Below, piece after piece: positions 21,829 through 33,485 of a stretch of DNA of 64,000 bases (the stretch's first letter is position 1; every line of letters begins with the position of its first letter). The DNA lies in the NCBI GenBank assembly GCA_946965045.2, contig OX337229.1, forward strand, positions 4,402,001 through 4,466,000, in the 5' to 3' direction. The position numbers and the translations under genes were made by a program. The DNA is from Epithemia pelagica. Taxonomy: Eukaryota; Protista; Bacillariophyta. The notes under the pieces were generated by a model. The model searched no databases. It was not told the origin of the DNA and was given only the letters and a program-made list of their open reading frames with translations.

Positions 21829-22985
21829 AGTATTAAAGACCCAGACGAATACTTGGGATCTGAGATTCGACACTATACCATACCAGATACTGACGATCCT
21901 GAGAACAAACCCCGATGGGCCATGTCCTCCGACAAATATGTTAAACGTGCCATATCTGAAATTGAGACCGAACTGTCTAAAGTTGGCCAAAAGCTACAGA
22001 CACGAGTCTCGACTCCGCTTGCCACTGGGTATCGTCCTGAGATCGACTCATCTCCTGAACTGGACCCCCGACGTGCAAATTACTATCAGGGACTAATTGG
22101 TATCCTTCGTTGGGTTGTGGAACTTGGTCGTATCGATATCATTGTTGCCGTATCACAACTGTCCCGATATCTAGCCATGCCACGTGAAGGACACCTCGAA
22201 CAAGCCTTGCACATTTTTGCATACCTAAAAGCGCATGGACGTTCCACCCTAGTGTTCGACGACACAACTCCGACCTTCGACGAGGATCGTTTCTTCCAGG
22301 CAGACTGGTCTGAATACTACCCTGATGCTAGTGACCCTTTGCCGCCCAATATGCCACCACCTCGTGGACGGGCTGTTACCACAACTTGTTTTGTTGATGC
22401 CGATCACGCTGGTTGTCTTGCTACGCGTCGCTCACAAACTGGTATTCTTATGTTCTTACAACGAGCACCTATCTTGTGGTATTCCAAACGACAGAGTACT
22501 GTTGAGACATCAACATTTGGCTCCGAATTTGTCGCAATGAAGACTGCCATCGAACAGATAGAGGGTTTCCGTTACAAGTTGAGAATGATGGGCATTCCAC
22601 TTGATGGCGAAACCAATGTGTTCTGTGATAATGAATCTGTGTTCAAGAGTGCAACCATGCCTGAAGTCACTCTGAAGAAGAAACACAATGCAATTGCTTA
22701 CCATCGCACACGTGAGGCACAAGCCGCCAACATCGTGCGTATCGCCTGGGAAGAAGGTGAAACCAATCTTGCGGACCTGCTGACAAAATCGTTACCAGGA
22801 CCCCGATTGCGTTTTCTAGCACAACGTGTTTTGTGGTGATTACATGATCAAATTCATTGTCCTCACACCCCTCTTTTATTGTCCGAATAGACACCCCTCT
22901 TAATTGAGAAAAAATAGTCCTGATGGACCGGCCTCTGCTGAAACAAGTCGTGGGCGACCTAGTCGAAATGCTTCCGATCTAGCTC

Positions 22986-22993
22986 GCGGGGAC
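22986..22993 (+). other. Short purine-rich tract (PPT) of outer Copia
   Basis: GCGGGGAC directly before the 3' LTR. Confidence 0.5.
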
Positions 22994-23167
22994 TGAATAA
23001 ATCCCGCCAACAGGTCGCATATTGGCGGATACATGGTCGCATATTGGCGAACATGCATCGCCTACATATGCTGCTACGCATCTAGTTTTCTAGTCATAAT
23101 TTTGGTCTAGCCACTTGTTGCACGCCGTATACACCGTGTTGTAGCGTGTAGTGGCAGGATTTATACA
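22994..23167 (+). repeat. 3' LTR of outer Copia (174 bp)
   Basis: Identical to 7688-7861, followed by GAATT. Confidence 0.97.
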
Positions 23168-24151
23168 GAATTCTGGGGTCACCGCGATGCCACCGTAGAA
23201 AACTTTGACAATTTATAACTTTACTTCTACTTAACCAATTTTGGAATTTGAGGTGTCATTCAAAAGCCCAGAACGAGATCTGTCGATTGGGCACTTCAAA
23301 ATGTGTTTTTGTCGCCAAATGGATGAAGGAAAGTTTAAATTGGTAGCCTAACTCAGCTACCTGCCCACACACAGTCTCGGTGCAGTCTAGCAAGAAACGA
23401 CAATGACAAAGTCAGCATCCATCAAGGTAACATGAATGCATAGTGTATACCCAACAACTTCATTGTTATCAACATGCAATGTCTACCTTCAGCTCCAACA
23501 GTATCATTATCAGCACACATCGTGTACATCATGCTAAACCCTATTCTCGCTGTGTCTTGTCCAGAAGGACTGGCATCTATCTCGACTCCAAGGGAACCAG
23601 CAGTATGAACAAGAAGAACTTGATCCTGTCTATTGACAAAGCCATGAAGGACATGAAAGACAATGAATAGGGAAGAAATCCGATTAAATAGTGTTATAGT
23701 GAGAAGTTACGTGTCAATTCACGTGATAGCCCGTGTAAAAACATTTTGGTCCAAATTAGTACGGGCTATCGCGGTGCCAAATTGTCAGGTAGACCAGATA
23801 TTTGCCTGAATCCAGAAATCCAGAAAATCCTGAATAACTCGACCGGGTGTTGATCTTTTTCAAAACAAATATTATCAGCAGATAGAGCTCATCCAGCTCT
23901 GTCGATTCCGCTGCTTAAAATTGAAAAAGGGCAACATGGTCGTGACTCAGGAATTATGGCGTGACTCATGCGCCAAACCGTCAGGTTGCCTCTACAAACT
24001 AATGTGTAACATAAGACAAAAAATAGGTAACTATAACCACAATTCATCATGCTGTTCCCCCGAAAGCTATTAGAATTATACAAAAACCCGCTGCTGGAAG
24101 TCATAAAAATACAAGAGAAGGTGTTGCTTTGTGCACAAAAAACAGAATGGC

Positions 24152-27100
24152 TTATTCGCTGTCGGCTGCCACAGACGATGACGAAACCGAGGGTGCCGCA
24201 GCACTTTTCGCAACAGTGGCGGGTGCGACCGAGTCAAAATCTCGATGATACTGTTGCAATTGTTGTTGTTGCTGTTGCAAGGCCAACAAGGATAAGGCTT
24301 GCTGTTCCGTTAGATTGGAAACAAATGGAGGAGTTGACGAGGATGCAGATGGTGAGGTGGAACCAGTCGTAAAAGAAACCACCCGTGGGGGTACGTCGGC
24401 AATACTTCCACTGGGAACAGGAGGAAGGGGTGGGAGTTGCGAAAAGTCAGGATCCAAGCTCCGAGTCAGAGATCCACTTGCGCCTCCCTTGCTGGAATGA
24501 ACGCGACTCCGTTGAATCTTTTGACACAAGACTGGATTGCCTCGTTGGAACTGTGAATGGTAGTATGCACCCTTATCACGACCAGATGAAATGCGTTGGA
24601 AATTGTACATGTGCAATTGACGTTGAAAGGAGGAATACTTGGTTTGATTGAAGTACAAGGGCATTAATTCATTCACAAATCGGTCCGAGTCGTGAACCAT
24701 AAATGCTCGACCATGAGGAAGCCATGAAAGAACAGATACATTACGATCTGATTCCAACTTATCCAAGATACGTTGGAGCTTGAGAGGGAAACTGGTGGCC
24801 ATTTGGCCCGACGAATTTCGTCCATTGCCTTGCTTGTTGTTGCTGCTGTCCACATCAGTTGCTGGATTCCCACTCTCGGTTGTAGACGTGGACGATACCG
24901 ATGGTGATCGATTCGGTTTCGTCTTAGTTGTTGAAGTGTCCACTCTTCGTGGACTTGCTGGTACATGGGCTGCTTGATTAGACGCTGCTGTTGCAAGGCT
25001 TGACAAAAGTGATGGAGCGGACGCAGGGGCAGCACTTGATGACGTGGCTCCTGGAACCAAAGCCAATAGGGAAGACAGGGCATCAATTCCCGATGCTGTC
25101 GCCGAAGTCGTCGAAGCTTGCTGCTGTTGCTGCTGTTGTTGTTGAGCCATGTATTGTAAGACAGCAGCAGTTGCCAAATGTTGCACCGAAGGAGTTGTAC
25201 TAGCAGAAGCACTGTTGTTATCACCACCCAGACCGTGATTGTTGTTATTGGCATTGCTGCTGCTCCGAACCAAACTCTCACTGCTTACGACGCTACTGGT
25301 GGCGGAGGTATTCCTAATTGGAACCACGGCGGGGCAGGCAGGATAATTGGACAAGACAGGTTCTCCATCTGGATTTCCAGCGGCGCGGATGCGGTTGCCA
25401 TTCACCTTACATCGTTGCATTCGTCGGCAGAGAAACTTCATGCCTCGTAAAAACTTTTCGTGATAATAACTCGCTTGGTCAGGTCCGACACCACTTAGTC
25501 GATTAAACCCATAAAGATTTAGTTGCCGAAGAAAACTTGATTTCTTGGTCATTCTGTTGTAAATGAAGAACAAAGGAATGAGCTACTACAGAAAAACACA
25601 ATCATCGTTTTCAAGCAAACACCACTTACACAAAGTACTTGGGCAAGATCAATTGGACAAATTCTTGTTGCTTGTGAATCTTAAAGGAACGACCATGTGC
25701 AAGCCATCCGATAATGTCATCGTGACCATCCCGTTCAATTTCCGATAGTGTCTCATGAAGCTTGAGAGGAAAGGCCGCATTAGGAGTCTTCTCAGATGTG
25801 TTGTTGTTGAGGTTCGCCATGGCATTTTTCTCATCATCCGTGGGAGTTTCGTCGGAATAATCTTGGTACGAGTGTTTGACAAACAAGCGATTGTTGTTCT
25901 TGGGGGTCTTGCCGGGTGGTAACTTTTTGTAGTTGGTGTTATTCCCATACTTGTCTCCGTACGTAGATGCTGGTGTCGAGCGGTCTTCGCCTTGAGAGGG
26001 TGGTGGAGCAGAAGCCGTATCTTCTTGTCCGTGAGCCGGTGAGTCGACTGCCATGGGTTGTGGAGCTCTGGTTTCGCTTGTTTGTGGCTGTGACGTTGCT
26101 GCGAGGTTCTTGTTGTCCTCGTCGTTCTGATCCACTGACATGGTTTGTTGCTGATCTCGAATTTCGGCACTGACGTGCGCCAGCACGTCCATGGAGGATC
26201 CTCGTGAAAGTCGATGCTGCTGCTGAGGCTGGACATCTCGAGAGGCTGGAGAAACGGACTCAAGTGCTGCCGCTTGAATGACAGCGGCCGTAGCCGCTGT
26301 CACAGGATCGCGAGACTGGAGAGGCGAAGAGGAAGTCACTGCGGGGGCTTCTTGAGGAAACAAGGACGACTGTTGTTGTTGTTGTTGCTGCTGCAGCACT
26401 TTGGACGCTTGTAAAGCCTGTTCAATGGACAAGGCATGTGTCGCTTGCTGATGTTGTTGCTGATGTTGATGCAAAGCACTAGCAGCCAATCGTTCCAGTG
26501 CCGCTGTCGCGGCCGAAGACGTTGCATGGGTGGACGGAGTCACAGTCGCTGGAGTAGGAGGTAGTTGGTTGAGACTTCGGGAGGGAACTACGAGACCAGG
26601 TGGTGAGGCTTGAGATCCAGACCATGGGGACGACGGTGATGACGACGTTGCGGTGACTTGTGGTACAGGTGCTGCCGCTCGTGAGTGACTTGCGGCGGTC
26701 GATAAAGATTCTGCTTGTGGATAGACCGCTTGTTGCGGCGGAAGGCGTCCGTTCCAAGAGGATGGTTGCGGATGCGGTTGTACGACGGAAAGACAGGCGA
26801 CCACCGTCAAGGCACCCTGTTGTTCCGTATCAGGGGACGAAGCAATTTGCGAAGGTGGTGCATGATGTTGGGCGGCCCACAATCCACCCACCACAACATC
26901 AATGTGTTGCAATTCCACTCCTTGACGTTGAGTCAGTGGTGCAACTTGATTCATGAGACGATATTGATCGACATGCATCAATTCTTGAGGATTCGCCAAT
27001 TTTGTAGGCACGCCCAATCGAATGTACAATTGCGGTGGGTCGGTTCGTCCCATGGCAGCCGACCACGGAAAGGACAGCATGCCTCTTTCGAGAGCATCTT

Positions 27101-27698
27101 GAAGGGCCTTGCAAGCAGCTTCTGTGGCATCGTCTCCTACCGAGGAGACGCCATGATCCGCATTGTCTTGTGGCAAAAGCGGTGTTGGTGGTGTTTTCTT
27201 GTGATGGATATTTCGAGTAAAGTTGGGAACAATCCCAATTCCAATGGTATGAAACAAGGTTTCTTGTGGTGACTGGGCACTTAAAGAACCATTCACGGCT
27301 GCCACAGCTTGGGTAACCGTTGTTGTTGTCGTGGGTCCACAGTGAGGAGAGCTGCTGTGGCTACTACTACCACTCTGGTTGCTGCTGCTTTGACTGCTGC
27401 CACTAACGGCGGGTGCTCCTACAACTGCATGTTGCTGCGCCGCCGCTGCGGCTTGATGTGCCGACGAAAGGAGTTGAGCACTAGTACCTGCCGCTAATTT
27501 GGCCAAATTTTCCACCAACGTTGCAGCAGTTTCTTTGCGGGCTGTAGCAGCGGCGGCCGCAGCCGCATAGGCAGCCGAATCGACACTGGTGCGGCTTTCC
27601 AATACGGCAGCTGCATCGGCGGCCGTCGAGGGAGGCAAGTACGAATCACGTGCTCCGACGACCTCATTGGTCGTTGGTGAAGAATTGGCTGCTTGCAT
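24152..27698 (-). CDS. Heat-shock-factor-type transcription factor with two HSF DNA-binding domains (1156 aa), exons 27698-25630 and 25553-24152
   Basis: DBD1: FPLKLHETL...GWLAHGRSFKIH...YFVMTKKSSFLRQLNLYGF, completed by a 76-bp GT-AG intron. DBD2: FPLKLQRIL...SWLPHGRAFMVH...TKYSSFQRQLHMYNF. Spliced length 3471 nt is divisible by 3. Confidence 0.93.
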
Positions 27699-30014
27699 AG
27701 TAGCAAGTGTGTTTGTGGATGCTGAATAGAAAAGAATCTTCAGATAGGATCCCTGGCTTTCCTTCTTTGTTTCTCTAGCCTGTGGAGGGAGATCTGGAAT
27801 CGAATGATGGCGTTAAGGGGAAGATGTCAAATGACAATGATGATCAAGTCCAATGTGAGCAATGGATGAATTGAACACTCCTACGATTTGTGTGTATCAC
27901 AATCCGATCCAATGAATGGATGCGTCAGGCTTCGTTTTCTTGTGTTGTTGTTGTTCGCCCACCGAAACGAGAATGCAGAGGACGGAACGAGGGTGACTTT
28001 TATGACATACCTGTGTATTGGTCAAAGAGGAACAGGTGAGGCTTGTTCTAGGTAGAATACAGAGTTGTGATGGAAGGAATCGATCCTAAAAGAGACGAAG
28101 GGATGGGTGTGTTGGTTGTTGGTGGCGCCTCGTTTTCTTGGATGTTCGCTTTTACACATTTCACGCCCTGATTGGTGATCAGAAGCCAACCGAAAAGGAG
28201 GGGTTTGGGTGTGTGCGTTCGTCCACTACCGAAGCTACTGTGCTCGTACGTGTGGGCCGAAACCCGAGAGTGTGGAGTGTGGACTTTGGTGAAGGTGTTT
28301 CGCTGCGGCTGTTTGCAGCGGCAGCGGCACCTTGTCGTGTGTCGTCGTGCATTTCACTGTGGTTGGTCGGCAAATGTCCGCTCGAGATTTCGTTGGTGGG
28401 TTTTGTTCTTCTTCTCGAGTTCTTTGTCGTGGTTGGCATGCGACAATCAGATGGTTCCTGTTTATTTATCATTGAACCTTTGAGCTTTCGAGGCATTCGG
28501 AAACCAGTCCACAGTAAGAGAAAGAGTACTTAAGACACTGGAGGGATCCGACCTCTACGTAGAAGGCATGTAGAGCCCGTACACGAAGAGAGCAAATGAG
28601 AATTGATGGACATCGATGCGTGAGTTCTGGATTTCTTGAATCTACGATCTTTGATGTTCGGGTTCCGAGTCTTTTAACATGTCGAAAAGAACCCGGATGT
28701 CTTCAAACCCCATCGCAATCACATGTTATATATTTGAGATCAATCATAAGAATATAGAAATTCAGAGCGTTGAGATGTATTCGAAATAGCCATATCCCTA
28801 TGATAGAAACAGGACATGGTTGCCGAAGGGACGTGGTTGGTGGTTGGTCAAAAAGGCAACAGTATGAGAACCTCAATTACATCCAGAGCGCTCAACTGAT
28901 GATCCAAAGGCGTCCAATTTGCCATTCGCATCGTGAACTTGAAAGATTCGGAGCTCTCGGTTGTGGTGTGTTCGCATGTCAAAGTTGTGTCGCACTGCAA
29001 ACTCAAGCCTACTTTTTTTAACACAGTTTTGGATCCTTCACTTCCCGAACTTTGCCGCGGTGTTCGCAACCCAACGGAAAAGGGACACTTTCCTTCTCAA
29101 AGCCCTTCAACAGTTTCGAGTGACGATCCCATATGACGGAGTCTGACGTAGATCTGACAAGACCTGACGCACGTCAAGCCCATCTTCGACTGTTCGCATT
29201 TGGTGTACTGTTTGGTCTATTGTCATCAATTCGGAAAGAACGATTCCTCGGCTCGTTTGTGGCCCTTGAAATTGCAGATCTTCCTGACGGGCAACAGAAG
29301 AAGAACAAGACGAACCACGAACGAGCGATCGTGTCCATATGTTCGTATTAGACGCGAACACACAAGTCTGTTCGTCATCCGATGTCTTCCATGTGGGTTC
29401 TGGGCTCTGGCCGGCGTCTGCCAGTCCCGTCGTGAGTCGTGAGACATACAATACCCCGGTAAGCGGTAAGGTGTTGTAGCAAGATCAAGAATCAAGATGT
29501 CGGCTGGGTTTGCTCCCTTCCGCGAGCCCCCCCATGACTATGATTGCAGTGTAATGGGTCTTTACTGAAATGTTTTTATCATAAACATAACATAAAAAAC
29601 GGAATAAACTATATCAAGTGAGTTGTTGTAGTATTATCTGCTCAACGAGCTCGTACTAAACGGAGGCACCATCTCGCGCTTTCCGAGGGGCATCTCAGTT
29701 CCCATCATAAATCTGAAGCCAAACACATGTAGGATGATCATGTGTATACTAGTATCGCGCTGGTAGTCAAGCCTAGTGGTTTGCCCAGACTATCGCCGTT
29801 GAAAGCAAACTAGACCAAACGAGGACATTCAGAGCATCTCATATCTATATATCCTAGAAGATTGACATCCCTTGTAGTCGTAGACGTGGGCACTGCCTGT
29901 TCAGATTTGTTGGGGTCGCCAAATTCATCCCTTTGAACAAAATCGTAGTCCGATCAAAGCGCCAAAGTTTCAAAAGAGACACTGGATTGATAGTAAGCAG
30001 CTGAAGCAGGAAAA

Positions 30015-31121
30015 ATGCCTGCTCGCTGTGGAAAACGACGATACACATGTTTTGCTGGAGACGTGAAATGCAATCGTTTGGTGCAGGATTGTATCGCTGC
30101 AACTCTCTCCGAAAACGAAAGAATTTCGTGCACCATGGCGAGGAATCCAGGCAACATGTTACTGGCTGTTTGTTCAAATCACCAAACCAACAAGCAAACG
30201 GCCAATATCTCGTGGTTGTTTGCAATGGTGATGGAACAGTTGTTGACTCGGAAACTTCCCACCCAGCACTATGACGACAACCCGGATTTTGCAGGAGCAT
30301 CGAAAACAGAAGGAAGGCCCAACCGTCACAACCTTCTCCGACAAGACGAAATATGGAATACAGTCCCACCATTACAAAAGTCAAATCAGCCCCCGTCGGC
30401 AACGGCCAACGGTACTTGTTCACAAGGTTCTTGTTCGGTGCCTCCAGGCGACGACAAGTTCCGAAAACAGAAGGATCCAGTGCTGACCATGGTGGGAAAC
30501 CAAGTTGTGGGACTGAGTAGTATCAACCATGGTCATGGATGGTACGGCCAAGAGGGGGAACGTCGATGGTGGCTACAACGAGTGTATTGTCATTCCAGTA
30601 ACCACGAAACGGTCATGACACCCTTGACCGTTCAAGGTCCCCCCACTCGTTGTCGACTCGTGTGTCCCAAAGGCATGTCGTTGCAAGTCGACTGTGGAAA
30701 TACACAGGTGTCAGATACCATTGTCTGGCTGTACAAGGGAGGAATCACAGATGATACTTTGGAACCTGGTGACCAACATTGGTGTATCAATGAATCCGAC
30801 GGAACCATTTCTTGTTGCGTGGACCATCATGGCGAACCGTCAAGGCCGCCAGGGAAGTCAAAGACAACAGCAGAACCGAGATCCAGTCGCAAGCGGAAAC
30901 GAGAAGGCAATGATAGAATAAGTTCCACGATGAAGGACTCGGTTCCTTCGAGAAGTTCAGCTGATAAGAACAACACCAACCAATTGGTTTTGGGCCATGG
31001 CAGTCGGCAACACTTGGCCAAAATTTGTGGCGGTACGGACGTCCTTCTGCCATGGGAACATAGCGATGGAGTTTTGGTCTTGGTACAACGGGATGATCCT
31101 CGAGCACTCCGATTGACATGA
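30015..31121 (+). CDS. Hypothetical protein (start and exon structure uncertain)
   Basis: 368-codon ORF; no family recognised. Confidence 0.45.
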   Translation: MPARCGKRRYTCFAGDVKCNRLVQDCIAATLSENERISCTMARNPGNMLLAVCSNHQTNKQTANISWLFAMVMEQLLTRKLPTQHYDDNPDFAGASKTEGRPNRHNLLRQDEIWNTVPPLQKSNQPPSATANGTCSQGSCSVPPGDDKFRKQKDPVLTMVGNQVVGLSSINHGHGWYGQEGERRWWLQRVYCHSSNHETVMTPLTVQGPPTRCRLVCPKGMSLQVDCGNTQVSDTIVWLYKGGITDDTLEPGDQHWCINESDGTISCCVDHHGEPSRPPGKSKTTAEPRSSRKRKREGNDRISSTMKDSVPSRSSADKNNTNQLVLGHGSRQHLAKICGGTDVLLPWEHSDGVLVLVQRDDPRALRLT

Positions 31122-31279
31122 GGATAAAAGTAGAAGGATCAAGCAGTTGAAGGGTATCAAGAAACCAAAAGTTCCAATTTCATAGGTTGGCGTTTTCTTC
31201 TCGAATTACTTGGTCGAGCAAAAAGGCAAACAATGAATATAAATCAATTTTCATAGTTGATTCCTCTCGTGTATGTTTG

Positions 31280-31738
31280 TTAGGGTGGCGGTGGAGTGGA
31301 GGCACCCCTTCGAGGGCCGTGAGGGTCTCGATGTTGTTGCTGTCTCTGGTCAAGGAATTGTTGTTGTTGTTGTCGTTCCAATTCAGCACGTGCCGTACGA
31401 TACAAGATTCCCATGTTTTGTTTCAAGCAAGCATTTTCGCGTTCCAAGAAATCAACACGTTTTTGCAAATACTCCACTTGTTCCACCAAGGAACGTGGAG
31501 CCGTAGCAACTGCTGTACTATTATCATTTGAGGCAGTGGCGGCAGTTGTGAAGGAGGAATATGCCGTTGTAGTCGTGGCGGTGTTATTGATGGTGCTTCT
31601 GCGATTTGTGCTGGCATTTGGCACAGTCGTTGTTTCCAAGTCATGGTAGAGATCGTCTTCTTCTTCAACTTTGTCTTTGGTTTCTTCCATGTTGGGTCTA
31701 TTGTGGTCTTCCCGCCGCGCGCCGCCTCCAGCGATCAA
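31280..31738 (-). CDS. Small coiled-coil protein, resembling the CASP8AP2/FLASH N-terminal coil
   Basis: Acidic N-terminus (DDLYHDL), then LQKRVDFLERENACLKQNMGILYRTARAELER, recalled as similar to the FLASH motif LKKNISALIKTARVEI. Confidence 0.55.
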   Translation of the reverse strand: MIAGGGARREDHNRPNMEETKDKVEEEDDLYHDLETTTVPNASTNRRSTINNTATTTTAYSSFTTAATASNDNSTAVATAPRSLVEQVEYLQKRVDFLERENACLKQNMGILYRTARAELERQQQQQFLDQRQQQHRDPHGPRRGASTPPPP

Positions 31739-32234
31739 AGAGCGACCAATACTTTCTTGCTACCATCTCTGCGGCTGCCATCTACCATTCCCATTTCCCA
31801 TACCCATCTTTTTCTAGTCCTACACCCTCAGAAATCAGGCCGACATGCACATGTCAATCACTAATTGATCAAAGAATGGTTGGAAACGTAACATCATACT
31901 ACGACTAGGAGGAGTGAACTTTTCGACTTTGTCCTTTCGCCTTGCTGAGTTCTCATAGTCCTTCATCATCACCACCATCATCATTTTTGTCGTCGTCATG
32001 ACGCTAAGGATCGTAACCCTTCAGAACGTGAAGAATGAGAAGCTTAGTATTGTCAACTGAGAAAGTGAGGTCGTATTTGCAATCATCCATGCGAAAACGT
32101 GTGGCACATAACCATGCGTTCACAGTCGCTTCTGGTAGGATGGAAAAATGCCTTGTGTTGTAGTGCCCCGCGTACCCCCATTTTGGATGCATGAGATGAA
32201 TGGGCAACCTCATCAAAATCCACGGTCAACTCTT

Positions 32235-32927
32235 TTATTCTTCATTATCATCTTCTTCTTGCTCTGGTTGCTGATCAATTTCGTCGCTGGGATCCGACGA
32301 TGCTGTAATCGTCTTGAGCTGTGACGCGGAGGTCAAGGGTGGGACTCCCCTTGAGGCGGACGCCTTGTGCAAAACAACAGCTTGCAAGGGTCGATCCGTA
32401 CTGGCATCGGTGGCAACCATACCCATGCGTTGAATGACGGACATGCCATGAGAAATTCGCCCAATAATGGTATGTTTGCCGTCTAACCACGGTGTCGGTT
32501 TCAGCGTCACATAAAACTGCGATCCACTGGAGTTGGGTCCCGAATTGGCCATGGCCACAACACCGGCACCAGTATGTTTCAAGGTACGAACAAATTCGTC
32601 TTCCAACTGACCCTTGCCAAAAATCGATTCACCACCCCGGCCTGTACCTGTCGGATCTCCTCCTTGAATCATAAAGTTTCGAATAATGCGATGAAAGATG
32701 GTCCCATTGTAATAGCCGGCATGGGCCAAGGCGGCTACATTGTAACAGGATCGAGGCGTGTGTTTGTAATACAATTCCACCACAAAGGAACCTGTAGATG
32801 TCTGAAACAAAACATGAGTCCAGGGTGACGCCGAATTGGTCTGACTGGGACTGCTTGTGGAAGATTCGGATTGGCCTTGTCCTCCGAGAGGAGGATTGCT
32901 ACGAGATGGTGGGGAAGGACCGGCCAT
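32235..32927 (-). CDS. PPIL1: Cyclophilin-type peptidyl-prolyl isomerase, PPIL1-like
   Basis: VELYYKHTPRSCYN, YYNGTIFHRIIRNFMIQGGDPTGTGRGGESIFG, AMANSGPNSSGSQFYVTL, WLDGKHTIIGR. Confidence 0.93.
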   Translation of the reverse strand: MAGPSPPSRSNPPLGGQGQSESSTSSPSQTNSASPWTHVLFQTSTGSFVVELYYKHTPRSCYNVAALAHAGYYNGTIFHRIIRNFMIQGGDPTGTGRGGESIFGKGQLEDEFVRTLKHTGAGVVAMANSGPNSSGSQFYVTLKPTPWLDGKHTIIGRISHGMSVIQRMGMVATDASTDRPLQAVVLHKASASRGVPPLTSASQLKTITASSDPSDEIDQQPEQEEDDNEE

Positions 32928-33485
32928 GGTGGACTGGACACGGCGCTGGCGGCGATCGACGACAAAAATTGTTGCGTGGGAATGGATTTAGCATTTAGCC
33001 CTACAATACTCCTCTATGGGTATGCCACGTAGAGAGCATAGCTATCGCATAGGGCATGGCATAGATTTGGACCCATATAGGAGGAGAGGATAAACAAACT
33101 TGTTGTTACTTTTCGAAAACGATAGAGTAGCTGTTATAAACATGACGTATTCCTTTCGGAGAAGGTGCAAAACAATAGATTTGAATCGCCGCACAGATTT
33201 CTTGCCACAAATGCAGGTATAGAACAGTTCATTTTGATGGCAAGCGAGTCTGTATTCGTTTTTTCAGAAGCGTATTTCTCCAGTACCTACAAGCATAGCT
33301 CAACTGGTAAACTTTCTAGGTACATGTTGCCCACCACCCAGCCATTCTATATTCAAACTGAATGACGAAGCATGTGCTGTAACATGCGGTACTTGCTCGT
33401 GTCGACCCCTGCCTTGTTTTCATGAAAGCGAGACAGAAGAAGTATGTACTGTTCTCGCATGTCGTTCCAATATCCAGCTTAGCCA

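Larger units (their letters stand above)
10195..22839 (+). pseudogene. pol: Pol of outer Copia (PR-IN-RT-RH), in frame with gag, disrupted by TGA 11263 and by the nested element; segments 10195-13445 and 21834-22839
   Basis: PR EMDSHADTCCVG; IN DEMFSK/ISDGAQE; RT YVLVYIDDIL; RH CFVDADHAG and TNVFCDNESV. Joining 13445 to 21834 restores KPESIKDPDEYLG, and 8629-22839 then totals 1941 codons in one frame. Confidence 0.93.
7688..23167 (+). mobile_element. Outer Ty1/Copia LTR retrotransposon (7092 bp after removing the nested element and one TSD)
   Basis: Identical 174-bp TG...CA LTRs, domain order gag-PR-IN-RT-RH, flanking GAAT duplication, PBS and purine tract. Confidence 0.97.

Noticed and set aside
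23803-23836. GAA-repeat tract as a heat-shock element near the HSF gene
   Set aside because: Spacing of the GAA units (7-9 nt) does not fit nGAAn phasing; no convincing HSE in the LTRs either.
27700-29850. Several 60-130 aa ORFs upstream of the HSF gene
   Set aside because: Overlapping, motif-free; probably long promoter/UTR.
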